Shown here piece after piece: positions 8,741 to 17,025 of a stretch of 20,000 nt of DNA (position 1 is its first letter; the number at the start of each line of letters is the position of its first letter). Below the pieces are notes generated by a model that had not been told where the DNA came from, did not search any database, and saw nothing but the letters and a program-made list of their open reading frames with translations. The DNA is from an uncultured virus (IMG/VR IMGVR_UViG_3300042510_001812) (Duplodnaviria > Heunggongvirae > Uroviricota > Caudoviricetes), in the IMG/VR virus record IMGVR_UViG_3300042510_001812. One strand, given 5' to 3'. The position numbers were made by a program, and so were the translations under genes.

Positions 8741-9850
8741 TTAAAATTTATGGATGAATTCCACGAAGTCCTCTTCGGATTCGCCTATATTTTCAAATTC
8801 TATAATTCCCATTTCTTCGTACTTTCTCCTCAACCATTTCCCATTTCTATCCAATAAACCTAACTTTGAAACATTTGGGACTATCTTAGCTGAAAGCATC
8901 CTTCTAATCCACGCTTGGGCTGGGTCGTTGAGTAGGTATGGGGCTATGTCCTTGGTTTTTACACCCATCTTCTCAAACACTTCCTGCTGAAGCATTCTTT
9001 CACCGAGCTTAAGCGTAGCCTCAAATGCAAATTCCTGTCTCTCCATTATTTCTGAATCTGTCATTTCTGAATATACTTCCCTTAGTGTAAGAACCCCAAA
9101 AGATATGTGTCTTGCTTCGTCGGACATTACATTCCTTAGGAGTTGTTTTAGAAGTGGCTCGGCTGTTAACTCACGCATGTAGGCCATTGATGCCAACCCT
9201 AAACCTTCAACCATAATCTGCATCCCGAGATATGTCATGTCCCAGCGGCTGTCCGAAATAGTGTCATCAACCAGACTTTGAATATGCCAGTTGAATGGAA
9301 GCACCCCACCGAGTTTTTCACTTGCGTACCTTGAAAAAACTTCTGTATGCCTGGCCTCGTCCATCACCTGCGTTGATGCATACAACTTTCCGTCGTACCA
9401 AGGACATGTCATTGATATTTTTGCAGAGCACATAAGAGCAGCCTGCTCTCCATGTATAAACTGTGAAATCATCCATCTTCTACTTTGAACGCCGAATTCA
9501 AGCCACTCGGATTGCCCCCAGTGCTCAACAGGGCTACCCTTATAAACAGACATATCCCTACTTGTTCCGAAGTTCATGTAATCTTCGGCTACGGATTTTT
9601 CAACATCCACGTCCGTAGACCAGTCAAGGGCGGTTGCACCATCCCACTGACTTGACTTTGCCTTTTCGTAAATCTTTTTTAATCCTTCTCTTTGGCGCGA
9701 GTAGTCCCATGTGAATATTGAATCAATATTGCTTTGAACTATGTGATGAATTTCATTTGGGTCCGAAGATGGGGCGTCAACAATTGCATCAAAATTATAA
9801 ATTTTTACATTTCCCTTTAAATGGCCAAAAGTATCCTTTGTTACCGTCAT
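8741..9850 (-). CDS. Ferritin-like diiron enzyme, AurF-like N-oxygenase superfamily (369 aa)
   Basis: Diiron ligand pattern HGEQAA / QVMDEARH / MVEGLG / MSDEARHISFG. N-terminal YEKAK..QW.....LDW. Confidence 0.8.
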   Translation of the reverse strand: MTVTKDTFGHLKGNVKIYNFDAIVDAPSSDPNEIHHIVQSNIDSIFTWDYSRQREGLKKIYEKAKSSQWDGATALDWSTDVDVEKSVAEDYMNFGTSRDMSVYKGSPVEHWGQSEWLEFGVQSRRWMISQFIHGEQAALMCSAKISMTCPWYDGKLYASTQVMDEARHTEVFSRYASEKLGGVLPFNWHIQSLVDDTISDSRWDMTYLGMQIMVEGLGLASMAYMRELTAEPLLKQLLRNVMSDEARHISFGVLTLREVYSEMTDSEIMERQEFAFEATLKLGERMLQQEVFEKMGVKTKDIAPYLLNDPAQAWIRRMLSAKIVPNVSKLGLLDRNGKWLRRKYEEMGIIEFENIGESEEDFVEFIHKF

Positions 9851-9856
9851 GAAACA

Positions 9857-9862
9857 ATGGTA
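9857..9862 (-). promoter_or_regulatory. Candidate -10 (TACCAT) of a leaderless promoter for the diiron gene
   Basis: Minus strand reads tagTACCATtgtttcATG: TAnnnT 6 nt before the start codon, with no adjacent SD. Confidence 0.45.
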
Positions 9863-9892
9863 CTACACCACCATGGGGCTTAGTAACCCGAT

Positions 9893-10747
9893 TTATATGT
9901 GGTCTTTTTCTCTGGTCCTAAAGTTAAAAAGCTTTTCATTTACTCCATTAATGTGCTCATGTTTAGAAGATATGTGCCTATCGTAATCCTCGATTATTGA
10001 GGTTAACCACCACTGACCCTCGTTCTTGTAATACTCGTCCGGGACAATCGGGGATACGCCTTTTTCTTTGTCCTCTGAACCCTGCGCGAACCAGCTCAGA
10101 TATGAATATCTAGTACCGCGCGTTATCTCATGTATTTCATGAGCGCCAAGATATCCGGCTGGCATCAGCAATATGTCACCAGAAGCAGGAGTAATATCTA
10201 TCCCAAAATACGGGATTGACATATGACCACCAGAAAATGAATGCTCTACAGATTCATCATCCGTTGAGTCGTTTATATACACAAGCGCAGAAAGGACGTT
10301 TCTTGTTGCATGTTCTGTTTTTGGTATTGCTCCGTACCTATAGTTAACATCGTTGTCACAATGCAGGCCAAGACTCGCCCCCTCGTCGTAACATAGGACA
10401 TGACCGGTTGAGCGCCACCACAGACACTGCAGAACTGCTGGGAATAACTCTATGTATTCAAGAAGGCACTGGTAAACGGCATCGTCGCATTCCCGAAAAA
10501 ATGGGTGAGTAAGGCTTTGTATTCTAACTGGTGCAGTTCTCATTGACTCTAGGTCGTAAATAAAATCACCCTTGTTCACTGCATGTGATGCATTTCCGCT
10601 GTCATCATAAATAATTGTAAAATTTTCTTTTCTCCAATTTTCTTTAATCTCGCTTAGATGCTCTATTAATTCAGCTTTTGGCACATCAAGTACATTTTTG
10701 AAGAGCACAGTTCCGCCACCCAGGTGTTCTGCATTGATTTTGCTCAT
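9893..10747 (-). CDS. 2OG-Fe(II) oxygenase, P4H-like (284 aa)
   Basis: HCD, YIND...FSGG, MPAGYLGAHEIHEITRGTRYSYLSWF. Confidence 0.85.
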   Translation of the reverse strand: MSKINAEHLGGGTVLFKNVLDVPKAELIEHLSEIKENWRKENFTIIYDDSGNASHAVNKGDFIYDLESMRTAPVRIQSLTHPFFRECDDAVYQCLLEYIELFPAVLQCLWWRSTGHVLCYDEGASLGLHCDNDVNYRYGAIPKTEHATRNVLSALVYINDSTDDESVEHSFSGGHMSIPYFGIDITPASGDILLMPAGYLGAHEIHEITRGTRYSYLSWFAQGSEDKEKGVSPIVPDEYYKNEGQWWLTSIIEDYDRHISSKHEHINGVNEKLFNFRTREKDHI

Positions 10748-11343
10748 CTTGAGTAAGCGCTCCAGTCCTGGGTTTCCATGCTTGATGGTTTTTCGGGCTT
10801 AAAGTTAGCACTAACGACTATTCTTTCTGTGTTTTTGTTTTGATGTCTATTAGTCATGTGCATTAAGTAAGAATTAAACACCACAAGCCCACCTGTCTCT
10901 GGTTTTATTGAAACACTTTTTTCTAAAGTATTGCATGCATCAACCATGAATATAAGGTCAGCGCTCCCTTCTGGAGCACTTGGATAATACGCTATTGAGA
11001 AAAACTCCTCATCATGCATGTGCGTGTTCGACTTGTGCGAATGAGCAGCTACGGATTGACCGTAATTTAAAGTCAAAGTCCATATCTCAGAAAGAACCAT
11101 TTTTACACCAACTATTGAATTAACTGCTTCGCTGAGTGTGTTTATCAACTTTTCTGATTCTGGCTGTCCAAATGGATATCTTTTATCCTCGTAATATGTG
11201 TGGTTTTCTTTGCTTAAGAATTGCTGCCCTATTTCTCCAGAGCAATCTTTTATTTCTTCTACAAGTTTGTTGTTATTCACATTTTTTATTTTTGTTTTAA
11301 AAACATTGACTGTTAGTAAGTTTACTATTTCAGCATTACTCAT
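10744..11343 (-). CDS. Putative 2OG-Fe(II) oxygenase (TIGR02466 / 2OG-FeII_Oxy_5-like)
   Basis: W......GQSVAAHSH...SIAYYP...L.F...PETG.LVVFNSYLMH......RIVVSANF. Start taken at ATG 11343; the track starts at 11358. Confidence 0.75.
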   Translation of the reverse strand: MSNAEIVNLLTVNVFKTKIKNVNNNKLVEEIKDCSGEIGQQFLSKENHTYYEDKRYPFGQPESEKLINTLSEAVNSIVGVKMVLSEIWTLTLNYGQSVAAHSHKSNTHMHDEEFFSIAYYPSAPEGSADLIFMVDACNTLEKSVSIKPETGGLVVFNSYLMHMTNRHQNKNTERIVVSANFKPEKPSSMETQDWSAYSR

Positions 11344-12010
11344 AAAAGAATTCACCAAGTTTTAGTGCTGTTGGCGGGTTGTTCCTATGCCAAACATTGG
11401 TAACCATAACTTGTCTAATCCCACTTTTTGCTGGCGTAGTGCCATGTACAACATGTCCAGCATCGAATATTATTAACCGATTCCCACGATAGGCGATTCG
11501 TTCCCTTTCTTCTATCGGTACCAGTAATGCATTGATATTCTCCGCCTCAATCGCCATTGGAGTTCCGTCAACAAGAATGGCTTTGTTGTAAATTTCAACA
11601 AATCCTCCTTCACTGTTGTCTAATCCATAATAAATTGAACCCATAAGCGGTCCACTAAATACTTTTGAGTCGGCATATAAAAAAGTGTCTTCGTCAACAT
11701 GGACATCTAGGTACTGGCCTGGGAGGTAGGTTCTTGTCCAGTATTCGATTCCAAGTATCTCTTCTTTATCGCAAGGAAGATTATTCTCCCAAATACCTTG
11801 AACCACCCTTTTCCTTGGTGTGTTTGCTGGAGACCTCCACCAACCATCCCAGAACATATATGGCGCAAAGCAGCTCGCTTGCTCGTAGTGATATGAATTT
11901 AACTCTGATGCAATCCTGTCTTCACTGCCCATTGATTCTGGATAAAAATCCTTATCCTCGAGCATTTCCTGGTAAGTTTTTGCGTCTATTGCGTTATCTT
12001 TAATCAGCAT
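11336..12010 (-). CDS. Putative 2OG-Fe(II) oxygenase
   Basis: GIEYWTR.Y..GQ.L..HVDED, GSIYY, GG, NRLIIFDAG...HGTTP..SG.R. Start taken at ATG 12010; the track starts at 12019. Confidence 0.75.
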   Translation of the reverse strand: MLIKDNAIDAKTYQEMLEDKDFYPESMGSEDRIASELNSYHYEQASCFAPYMFWDGWWRSPANTPRKRVVQGIWENNLPCDKEEILGIEYWTRTYLPGQYLDVHVDEDTFLYADSKVFSGPLMGSIYYGLDNSEGGFVEIYNKAILVDGTPMAIEAENINALLVPIEERERIAYRGNRLIIFDAGHVVHGTTPAKSGIRQVMVTNVWHRNNPPTALKLGEFFYE

Positions 12011-12746
12011 ACTCACCACCCTTTATGACTATTGTCAGGCCATAGAAAATCGGGATGTGATAAGTCCGACAGTCAGTTCTGGACTTCATTTCCTCATGAT
12101 ACGACCAAACCGGGGATGCATGCGTTTCGTTTTGGTACAAAAACGCGCTGTCAGAAGAATTTTGCACAATTAAAATACCGTTGTCGTTCAATCTATCAAT
12201 GTAAAAATTTGGTCCTGTAAATGGGTTTTCCATATCCTGAGACCAACCCAGAATCATGTCAAACTTAATGTCCTTATTACTTTCGAGACCGCTCGTCGTT
12301 ACAACCTCGTAATCAATTGGAGTATTAACTTTTTGAAATTTTTCATAGAGTGCTAATTTTTTGTTATTTAAAAAATATATTTTAGATTTAAAAACATCTT
12401 GAAACTGTTTCAATTTAAACCTATCAGGACCACCCGAAAGTGCTAAGACTTTGTGCTTTGGAGATATGTCCATGAGCATCATCACCACAAGAATGGGCAT
12501 CCACTGAGACTGGCCATACGATTGAGCCAAATTTGGCCTCGGATAATGGATGACAAATTCGAAATCAGAAGCTCCGCCAGTAGCGATGTTTCTTCTATCT
12601 ACGCCAATAGTTTCAAATAAGTATTTTGAAATCTCTACAGACTCAGGACCGTCTACAAGCGTTGATGTTTCTGCAAAACCACGCCAATCTCCATACCACT
12701 TTGTGTAGTCAAACGCTCGGTATGGTGCAAATTGATTATCAGCCAT
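12000..12746 (-). CDS. Hypothetical protein, possibly a degenerate SAM-methyltransferase fold (248 aa)
   Basis: Coupled ORF. KVLALSGG, KFDMIL, RLNDNGILIV and a terminal GLTIVIK strand recall Rossmann MTases, but there is no canonical motif I. Confidence 0.5.
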   Translation of the reverse strand: MADNQFAPYRAFDYTKWYGDWRGFAETSTLVDGPESVEISKYLFETIGVDRRNIATGGASDFEFVIHYPRPNLAQSYGQSQWMPILVVMMLMDISPKHKVLALSGGPDRFKLKQFQDVFKSKIYFLNNKKLALYEKFQKVNTPIDYEVVTTSGLESNKDIKFDMILGWSQDMENPFTGPNFYIDRLNDNGILIVQNSSDSAFLYQNETHASPVWSYHEEMKSRTDCRTYHIPIFYGLTIVIKGGEYAD

Positions 12747-13032
12747 TTTCTAGAGCCTCGTGAGAAGCGAACTGAACATCAAACCACGAACGTCTAACTG
12801 CTCTAGCCAATACTATGTTCTGTTTTTTGATGTATGCCTGCGAAGCTGAGTTCTCTGTGAATGAGTGTTTGTATACATATCTATCGCGTATTAGGTTCAC
12901 AAGGTTGTCGATGGTTAAATCGTCGAATTCTTCTTTGCCGTAGCCGAGTATGTACAGGAGTGATGCAAGGTTCCTGGATGAAATTTCAAAATCTTCATCA
13001 CTTAAGTATTTTTCAAGTTTTTGACTATTCAT
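12739..13032 (-). CDS. Hypothetical protein (~97 aa)
   Basis: 8-nt overlaps with both neighbours if started at ATG 13032; the track starts at 13065. Confidence 0.65.
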   Translation of the reverse strand: MNSQKLEKYLSDEDFEISSRNLASLLYILGYGKEEFDDLTIDNLVNLIRDRYVYKHSFTENSASQAYIKKQNIVLARAVRRSWFDVQFASHEALENG

Positions 13033-13222
13033 TTTCTTTGTCTTCGTCTTTAAACATTGCCACAAGTTGACACATGATTACTGGATTTCCAGCAACATAA
13101 TATATCCCCGTAGCAGAGTCCAGCTCAATCACTTCATTATCCCAATCAGGTAAATCGGTGATTGATTCACCCTTGCGCCTGCTCATATCAGGATTCTTGA
13201 TGTCCTCTTCGTTATTCATCAT
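13025..13222 (-). CDS. Hypothetical acidic protein (65 aa)
   Basis: Fills the gap exactly and overlaps both neighbours. Confidence 0.6.
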   Translation of the reverse strand: MMNNEEDIKNPDMSRRKGESITDLPDWDNEVIELDSATGIYYVAGNPVIMCQLVAMFKDEDKENE

Positions 13223-13436
13223 GATTACCCAATAGTTTATTTAGGGCAATTACTTCTTGGCATAGGACGTTGTATGAATCGAACATTGAATCGCCTTCGT
13301 TGTGCGGATTCTTTTCCTCTGGGTTAAATGAAGAAACGTCAATACCCATAATCATTGAAAGCGTTGCTATTGATTTAGACAAAAAAGCAACTGCTTCATT
13401 GATTGCAATTTTTTCGTCGTATTGTCCAAGTTTCAT
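13212..13436 (-). CDS. Hypothetical protein (~74 aa)
   Basis: ATG 13436 follows GGAG and the upstream TGA; the track starts at 13457. Confidence 0.6.
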   Translation of the reverse strand: MKLGQYDEKIAINEAVAFLSKSIATLSMIMGIDVSSFNPEEKNPHNEGDSMFDSYNVLCQEVIALNKLLGNHDE

Positions 13437-13437
13437 G

Positions 13438-14145
13438 TCACTCCAGGTTTGGCTCATTTAGTTTCGGTAACCCAACAAAAGATGGACCAATCTTATTGCC
13501 ATCAGCGTCCAATCCTGTCCTAATTCCTTTCGTCCATGTCCATGGGTTATCCCTATTGTTGGTCATTTTTAGTTGTCCATATTTCTGCCTGGCATCCATT
13601 AGTTCTGGTTTATCCCATAAGTTTTCCACGATGAATTCAGTATTTTCATGAATAGAGCTATCGAATATTGAAAAGAACATAAATGGCATTCCAGCACTAA
13701 AAGTAACAGGCTCTCCGACCTTGGTAACCATCCAATTCATTTGAAACTCATCTGGCCACCAACTACTTGGAATTATTGCACTGAGTGCGGATGCTCCATC
13801 AACCACGTAATTCGGAGAACCTCCAATCCATGTTTCGTACCCATCTGGTGTTCCAAATGCCCACCCCGTAGAAAACGAAACCATTCCAACTATTCCGCCG
13901 TAGGCGATTTGACGACCCTCATATTCACCGCCAGAAAGAATCGTCGGAACAGTATGCCCGCCATCCCATTGGACGACTACATCTTGTTGAAGTACAAGTT
14001 CCCATCCGTAGACATTTGCGAATGTCATTGGCAAACATTGATAGGCGTGTTTGTTGTGTGTATTATCCATCCACTCTCGCTTAATACGAGATTGTTTTAT
14101 TTCAGGTGGATTCTGCGTTGTTCTTGTAAGGGTAAACTTTGGCAC
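13438..14145 (-). CDS. DUF6065-family protein (235 aa)
   Basis: REWMD.T..KHAYQCLPM..AN.YGWEL, G.VSF..GW.F.TP.GY, GSPN, W.P..F.MNW....G..V.F..G.PF. Family recognised from memory. Confidence 0.7.
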   Translation of the reverse strand: MPKFTLTRTTQNPPEIKQSRIKREWMDNTHNKHAYQCLPMTFANVYGWELVLQQDVVVQWDGGHTVPTILSGGEYEGRQIAYGGIVGMVSFSTGWAFGTPDGYETWIGGSPNYVVDGASALSAIIPSSWWPDEFQMNWMVTKVGEPVTFSAGMPFMFFSIFDSSIHENTEFIVENLWDKPELMDARQKYGQLKMTNNRDNPWTWTKGIRTGLDADGNKIGPSFVGLPKLNEPNLE

Positions 14146-14151
14146 GCTAGA

Positions 14152-14160
14152 AGACTATCA
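14152..14160 (-). promoter_or_regulatory. Candidate extended -10 (TGaTAGTCT) of a leaderless promoter for the DUF6065 gene
   Basis: Minus strand reads aaTGaTAGTCTtctagcGTG: 6-nt spacer to the start codon, no SD. Confidence 0.5.
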
Positions 14161-14181
14161 TTCGGAAATAGGAAAACATGC

Positions 14182-14829
14182 TCACCCTTGACCATACATA
14201 TAGTGCTCTGGCTTGTGGGTTCTATCGTTGTAGTCAAACATTGTTACTGCTACATACTTTTTCCCACTTATGATTGGCAAGGATGAATGAGCGTAAATAA
14301 AAGTTGAAGGGAAAAAAACGATGTCTCCGTATTCGGGTTTAATCTTAATATCCAAATAAGGAAACCAAAGCTCCCCACCTTCATACTCATCGTTCAAATA
14401 CATAACTGAGGAAACAGTGCAATTATAAGAAAAACCATGGTCGGTGTGGATTCCAAAATGCTGTCCAACGCCGTAACGAACATAATTAATAGATTCCATG
14501 AATTCCATATTTATGTTGTATCTGCTTTGATAGTCAGCCAAACATTCACGGAGTCCGTGATTTGTGTCATCGTAAATACTTTTTATTTCCAAAAACTGCG
14601 GGGGGCAATCTTGCAAATGTTCAATTCCCATTTTGCAGTCCACACAATCCCTGTACTCTGGCATTTTTACAGCGTCACCCACCAATGCGTCCATCCACAT
14701 ATACGGCGGTAAAGAGCTAGTCCCAATTGTGTTTTCCAAGCGTTCAACCAAATTGAGTTCTTTAGGTAATGCATTTTTGTAAATAATAATGCCCAACTTA
14801 GGGTCGCCTACATGTAGTGAGTGCATCAC
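14182..14829 (-). CDS. 2OG-Fe(II) oxygenase, P4H-like (215 aa)
   Basis: VRYGVGQHFGIHTD, YLNDEYEGGELWF, FPSTFIYAHSSLPIISGKKY. Confidence 0.88.
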   Translation of the reverse strand: MMHSLHVGDPKLGIIIYKNALPKELNLVERLENTIGTSSLPPYMWMDALVGDAVKMPEYRDCVDCKMGIEHLQDCPPQFLEIKSIYDDTNHGLRECLADYQSRYNINMEFMESINYVRYGVGQHFGIHTDHGFSYNCTVSSVMYLNDEYEGGELWFPYLDIKIKPEYGDIVFFPSTFIYAHSSLPIISGKKYVAVTMFDYNDRTHKPEHYMYGQG

Positions 14830-15461
14830 AGAAACTCCTCTATCGTATAAAAAGCTGGAGTGGTAAATCTTTCTCCAGATGTAACCATACTAACTCCATG
14901 GAGGTAGTTTATGTCTCCTGGGTGAAAAACGGCAAGACCAGGTTTTGGTTTAATCACCATATCGTGTTGGGGGTAGTAAAGTTCACCACCAGTAAAATCT
15001 TCATTATAATAAAACAATGCATTTATATCGTAATCAGTAAAAGGGTTGGGCGAACCATCGGGGAGTTGTTTGTCGGCGTGGGGCTCCTGTTGTATGCCGG
15101 TAAACCATCTAATTATGCATGGGGGCCTAGTGGACACAACACAATTAAACGTCTCGTTTATTACCTTGCCCATCTTCTCGATATAGGAATCAATCAATTC
15201 ATATATTTCTGGGTTTATTTTCTGTAGAATGTCATAACCGCATTGACGGTCGTTCCAATAATTTGCATCGTACAGACATGTTCCGTCCTCTGCGTATATG
15301 CTTGTTGGTTCTTGGTTTGACCATTCCTTTATAGACCTTGCAAATAAATTTATTTTAGAAACATCTTCAGGGTCTATAAAATCTTCTATTACGTGGATAT
15401 TTTCTTTACTTGAACCAAAAAATCCAGGTTTAACTCCCCATGGAGATGTGTCGCTGTTCAT
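14826..15461 (-). CDS. 2OG-Fe(II) oxygenase, P4H-like (211 aa)
   Basis: QEPHAD, YYNEDFTGGELYY, HPGD..YLHGVSMVTSGERFT. Confidence 0.88.
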   Translation of the reverse strand: MNSDTSPWGVKPGFFGSSKENIHVIEDFIDPEDVSKINLFARSIKEWSNQEPTSIYAEDGTCLYDANYWNDRQCGYDILQKINPEIYELIDSYIEKMGKVINETFNCVVSTRPPCIIRWFTGIQQEPHADKQLPDGSPNPFTDYDINALFYYNEDFTGGELYYPQHDMVIKPKPGLAVFHPGDINYLHGVSMVTSGERFTTPAFYTIEEFL

Positions 15462-16279
15462 TGAGGTACTTTACCAAATATCCCAATAAATTCACGTTCG
15501 TGTGGCTCAAACCCACCAAGTACAGCATGACACATTCTAAACAGGTCTATTATCAAGAGGTCCCCTGGGGACCATGCCCAACCCTTAATGTAGCCACTGC
15601 CCGGGAGAAGAAGATTTTCAAATTTCTTTTGAATTTGTATATATCTAGATATTTCGGTGATGCTTGGCTTTCTTCCATCAAACGACACTAATTTCTCAAC
15701 GATATATGCTGGGTCAATCCTTATCAGCTCTGAATTGTTTGTTTTATTTATTCTTATCGGGGAACGATAGTTTTTATCTTCTTCATTTTTGTGATTAGTA
15801 ATCACTAAACATTTTTTTAAAAAATCAATTTCCTCTTCATTGAATGCATGCATTGTCTCCTGCCCATCACAGAACAACGTTATTCCATTTGATTTATCGC
15901 AATCAAACTTAGTCATATTCCAACATGATGCTGCTGTTTCAATGTTGTTCTCAATGTGCTCGTAGTGCCAGCTCACGAGAATATTATGTCTTGAAACCTT
16001 GCCAGACTCTCTACTTATTGAGAGATTGTGGTTTTCTCTATATCCACCAAGGTTCGGAACGATGTCAAAATTTTTACAGAATAATTTAAATATTTCTTTT
16101 TGTTCTTCTTCGCTTACACTCGCTTCTTTAAAACCAATAAAACCTTCTATCTTGAATTTTTCAAAGTAAAAGTTTTTATTTAGTTTTATAGAATCTGCAT
16201 TTTGTCCCGTAGTCGCGTCGAACAATGCAATGTCGCCCAACTCGTAATGAGGCTGCTCCAAGTAAGAGATGTTACCCAT
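15458..16279 (-). CDS. TauD/TfdA-like 2OG-Fe(II) dioxygenase
   Basis: WHYEH (HxE), G.TLFCD, WAWSPGDLLIIDL..MCHAV.GGF...ER. Start taken at ATG 16279; the track starts at 16288. Confidence 0.8.
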   Translation of the reverse strand: MGNISYLEQPHYELGDIALFDATTGQNADSIKLNKNFYFEKFKIEGFIGFKEASVSEEEQKEIFKLFCKNFDIVPNLGGYRENHNLSISRESGKVSRHNILVSWHYEHIENNIETAASCWNMTKFDCDKSNGITLFCDGQETMHAFNEEEIDFLKKCLVITNHKNEEDKNYRSPIRINKTNNSELIRIDPAYIVEKLVSFDGRKPSITEISRYIQIQKKFENLLLPGSGYIKGWAWSPGDLLIIDLFRMCHAVLGGFEPHEREFIGIFGKVPQ

Positions 16280-17018
16280 TATTACCACTAATTACGTAAA
16301 ACATGGATTTATGCTTCCCGAGTCTACTGCTAGGTTTATTTTTCTCTATTGCTTCAATTTCATTTTTTTCCATTGCCCTGTAATGACCGAACAACACATC
16401 CCTGCCTTTGGCCCATTCATCAGCAGGGCTTCCCCTATGCATTAGGTTCCCATGCCAAATCAAAACATCTCCTTTGTGTGGAATAAAAACAAATGGCTCA
16501 ATTCCTTTTGTCTTAATTAATTCATTATTGTACTCGCAGCACTGTTGTGGATTGCTTTTGCAATTTTCCCAGTTTATAATTTCTGAATTTTTTAGCCACT
16601 TATGAGACTTTGGTATCAACTGAAATGGACCGCAACCTTCATCAACGTCGCTCATGGCTATGTGCACACCGATGTAACCATTTGCACCAATTGCATTTTT
16701 TTCTAAATAGTCGGTGTGCCAGTCTGTTCCTGATGTACCTATTCTTGCCTCTGATATGTGTAGGGCAAAATATTTGTTTAAATGTGAGACTACCGAACTT
16801 ACTTCATCCCCGCAAAGCATCTCTAGTATTTCTTGACTTCTGAGGTATTCGTTGCGCTCAATGTATGTTTCGTATGATGTTTTTTCTTTTCCAAGAACTA
16901 CATGTTTTGGTTTATATTTACCCATGAATGCATCTATTTTATTTTCAGGAATCAACCCATTAATTACGGCGAATCCATTTTCCCAATATTGACTGATTGA
17001 ATATTGGTCAGCATTCAC
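16272..17018 (-). CDS. Phytanoyl-CoA dioxygenase (PhyH)-family 2OG-Fe(II) oxygenase
   Basis: Y.ENGFAVI.GLI, WHTD, GP.QLIPKSHKW, KGDVLIWHGNLMHRGS......R. Confidence 0.85.
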   Translation of the reverse strand: MNADQYSISQYWENGFAVINGLIPENKIDAFMGKYKPKHVVLGKEKTSYETYIERNEYLRSQEILEMLCGDEVSSVVSHLNKYFALHISEARIGTSGTDWHTDYLEKNAIGANGYIGVHIAMSDVDEGCGPFQLIPKSHKWLKNSEIINWENCKSNPQQCCEYNNELIKTKGIEPFVFIPHKGDVLIWHGNLMHRGSPADEWAKGRDVLFGHYRAMEKNEIEAIEKNKPSSRLGKHKSMFYVISGNNG

Positions 17019-17025
17019 ATGTCAG

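Noticed and set aside
9864..9892. Possible terminator hairpin (gggcttagtaaccc) between the oxygenase and diiron genes
   Set aside because: The stem is short and weak, with no U-tract on the minus strand.
13741..14286. 181-aa + strand ORF and the other short opposite-strand or alternate-frame ORFs in the track (e.g. 520-798, 11665-12003, 14817-15227, 19284-19682)
   Set aside because: They lie over genes with clear family motifs and tight coupling, and show no motifs of their own. Treated as shadow ORFs.
2978..17018. DNA hypermodification cluster (TET/JBP oxygenase + base glycosyltransferase)
   Set aside because: I recognise no TET/JBP-type, thymidylate-synthase-like, kinase or DNA-MTase gene. 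The oxygenases look P4H/TauD/PhyH-like and are linked to structural genes. Not formally excluded without HMM searches.
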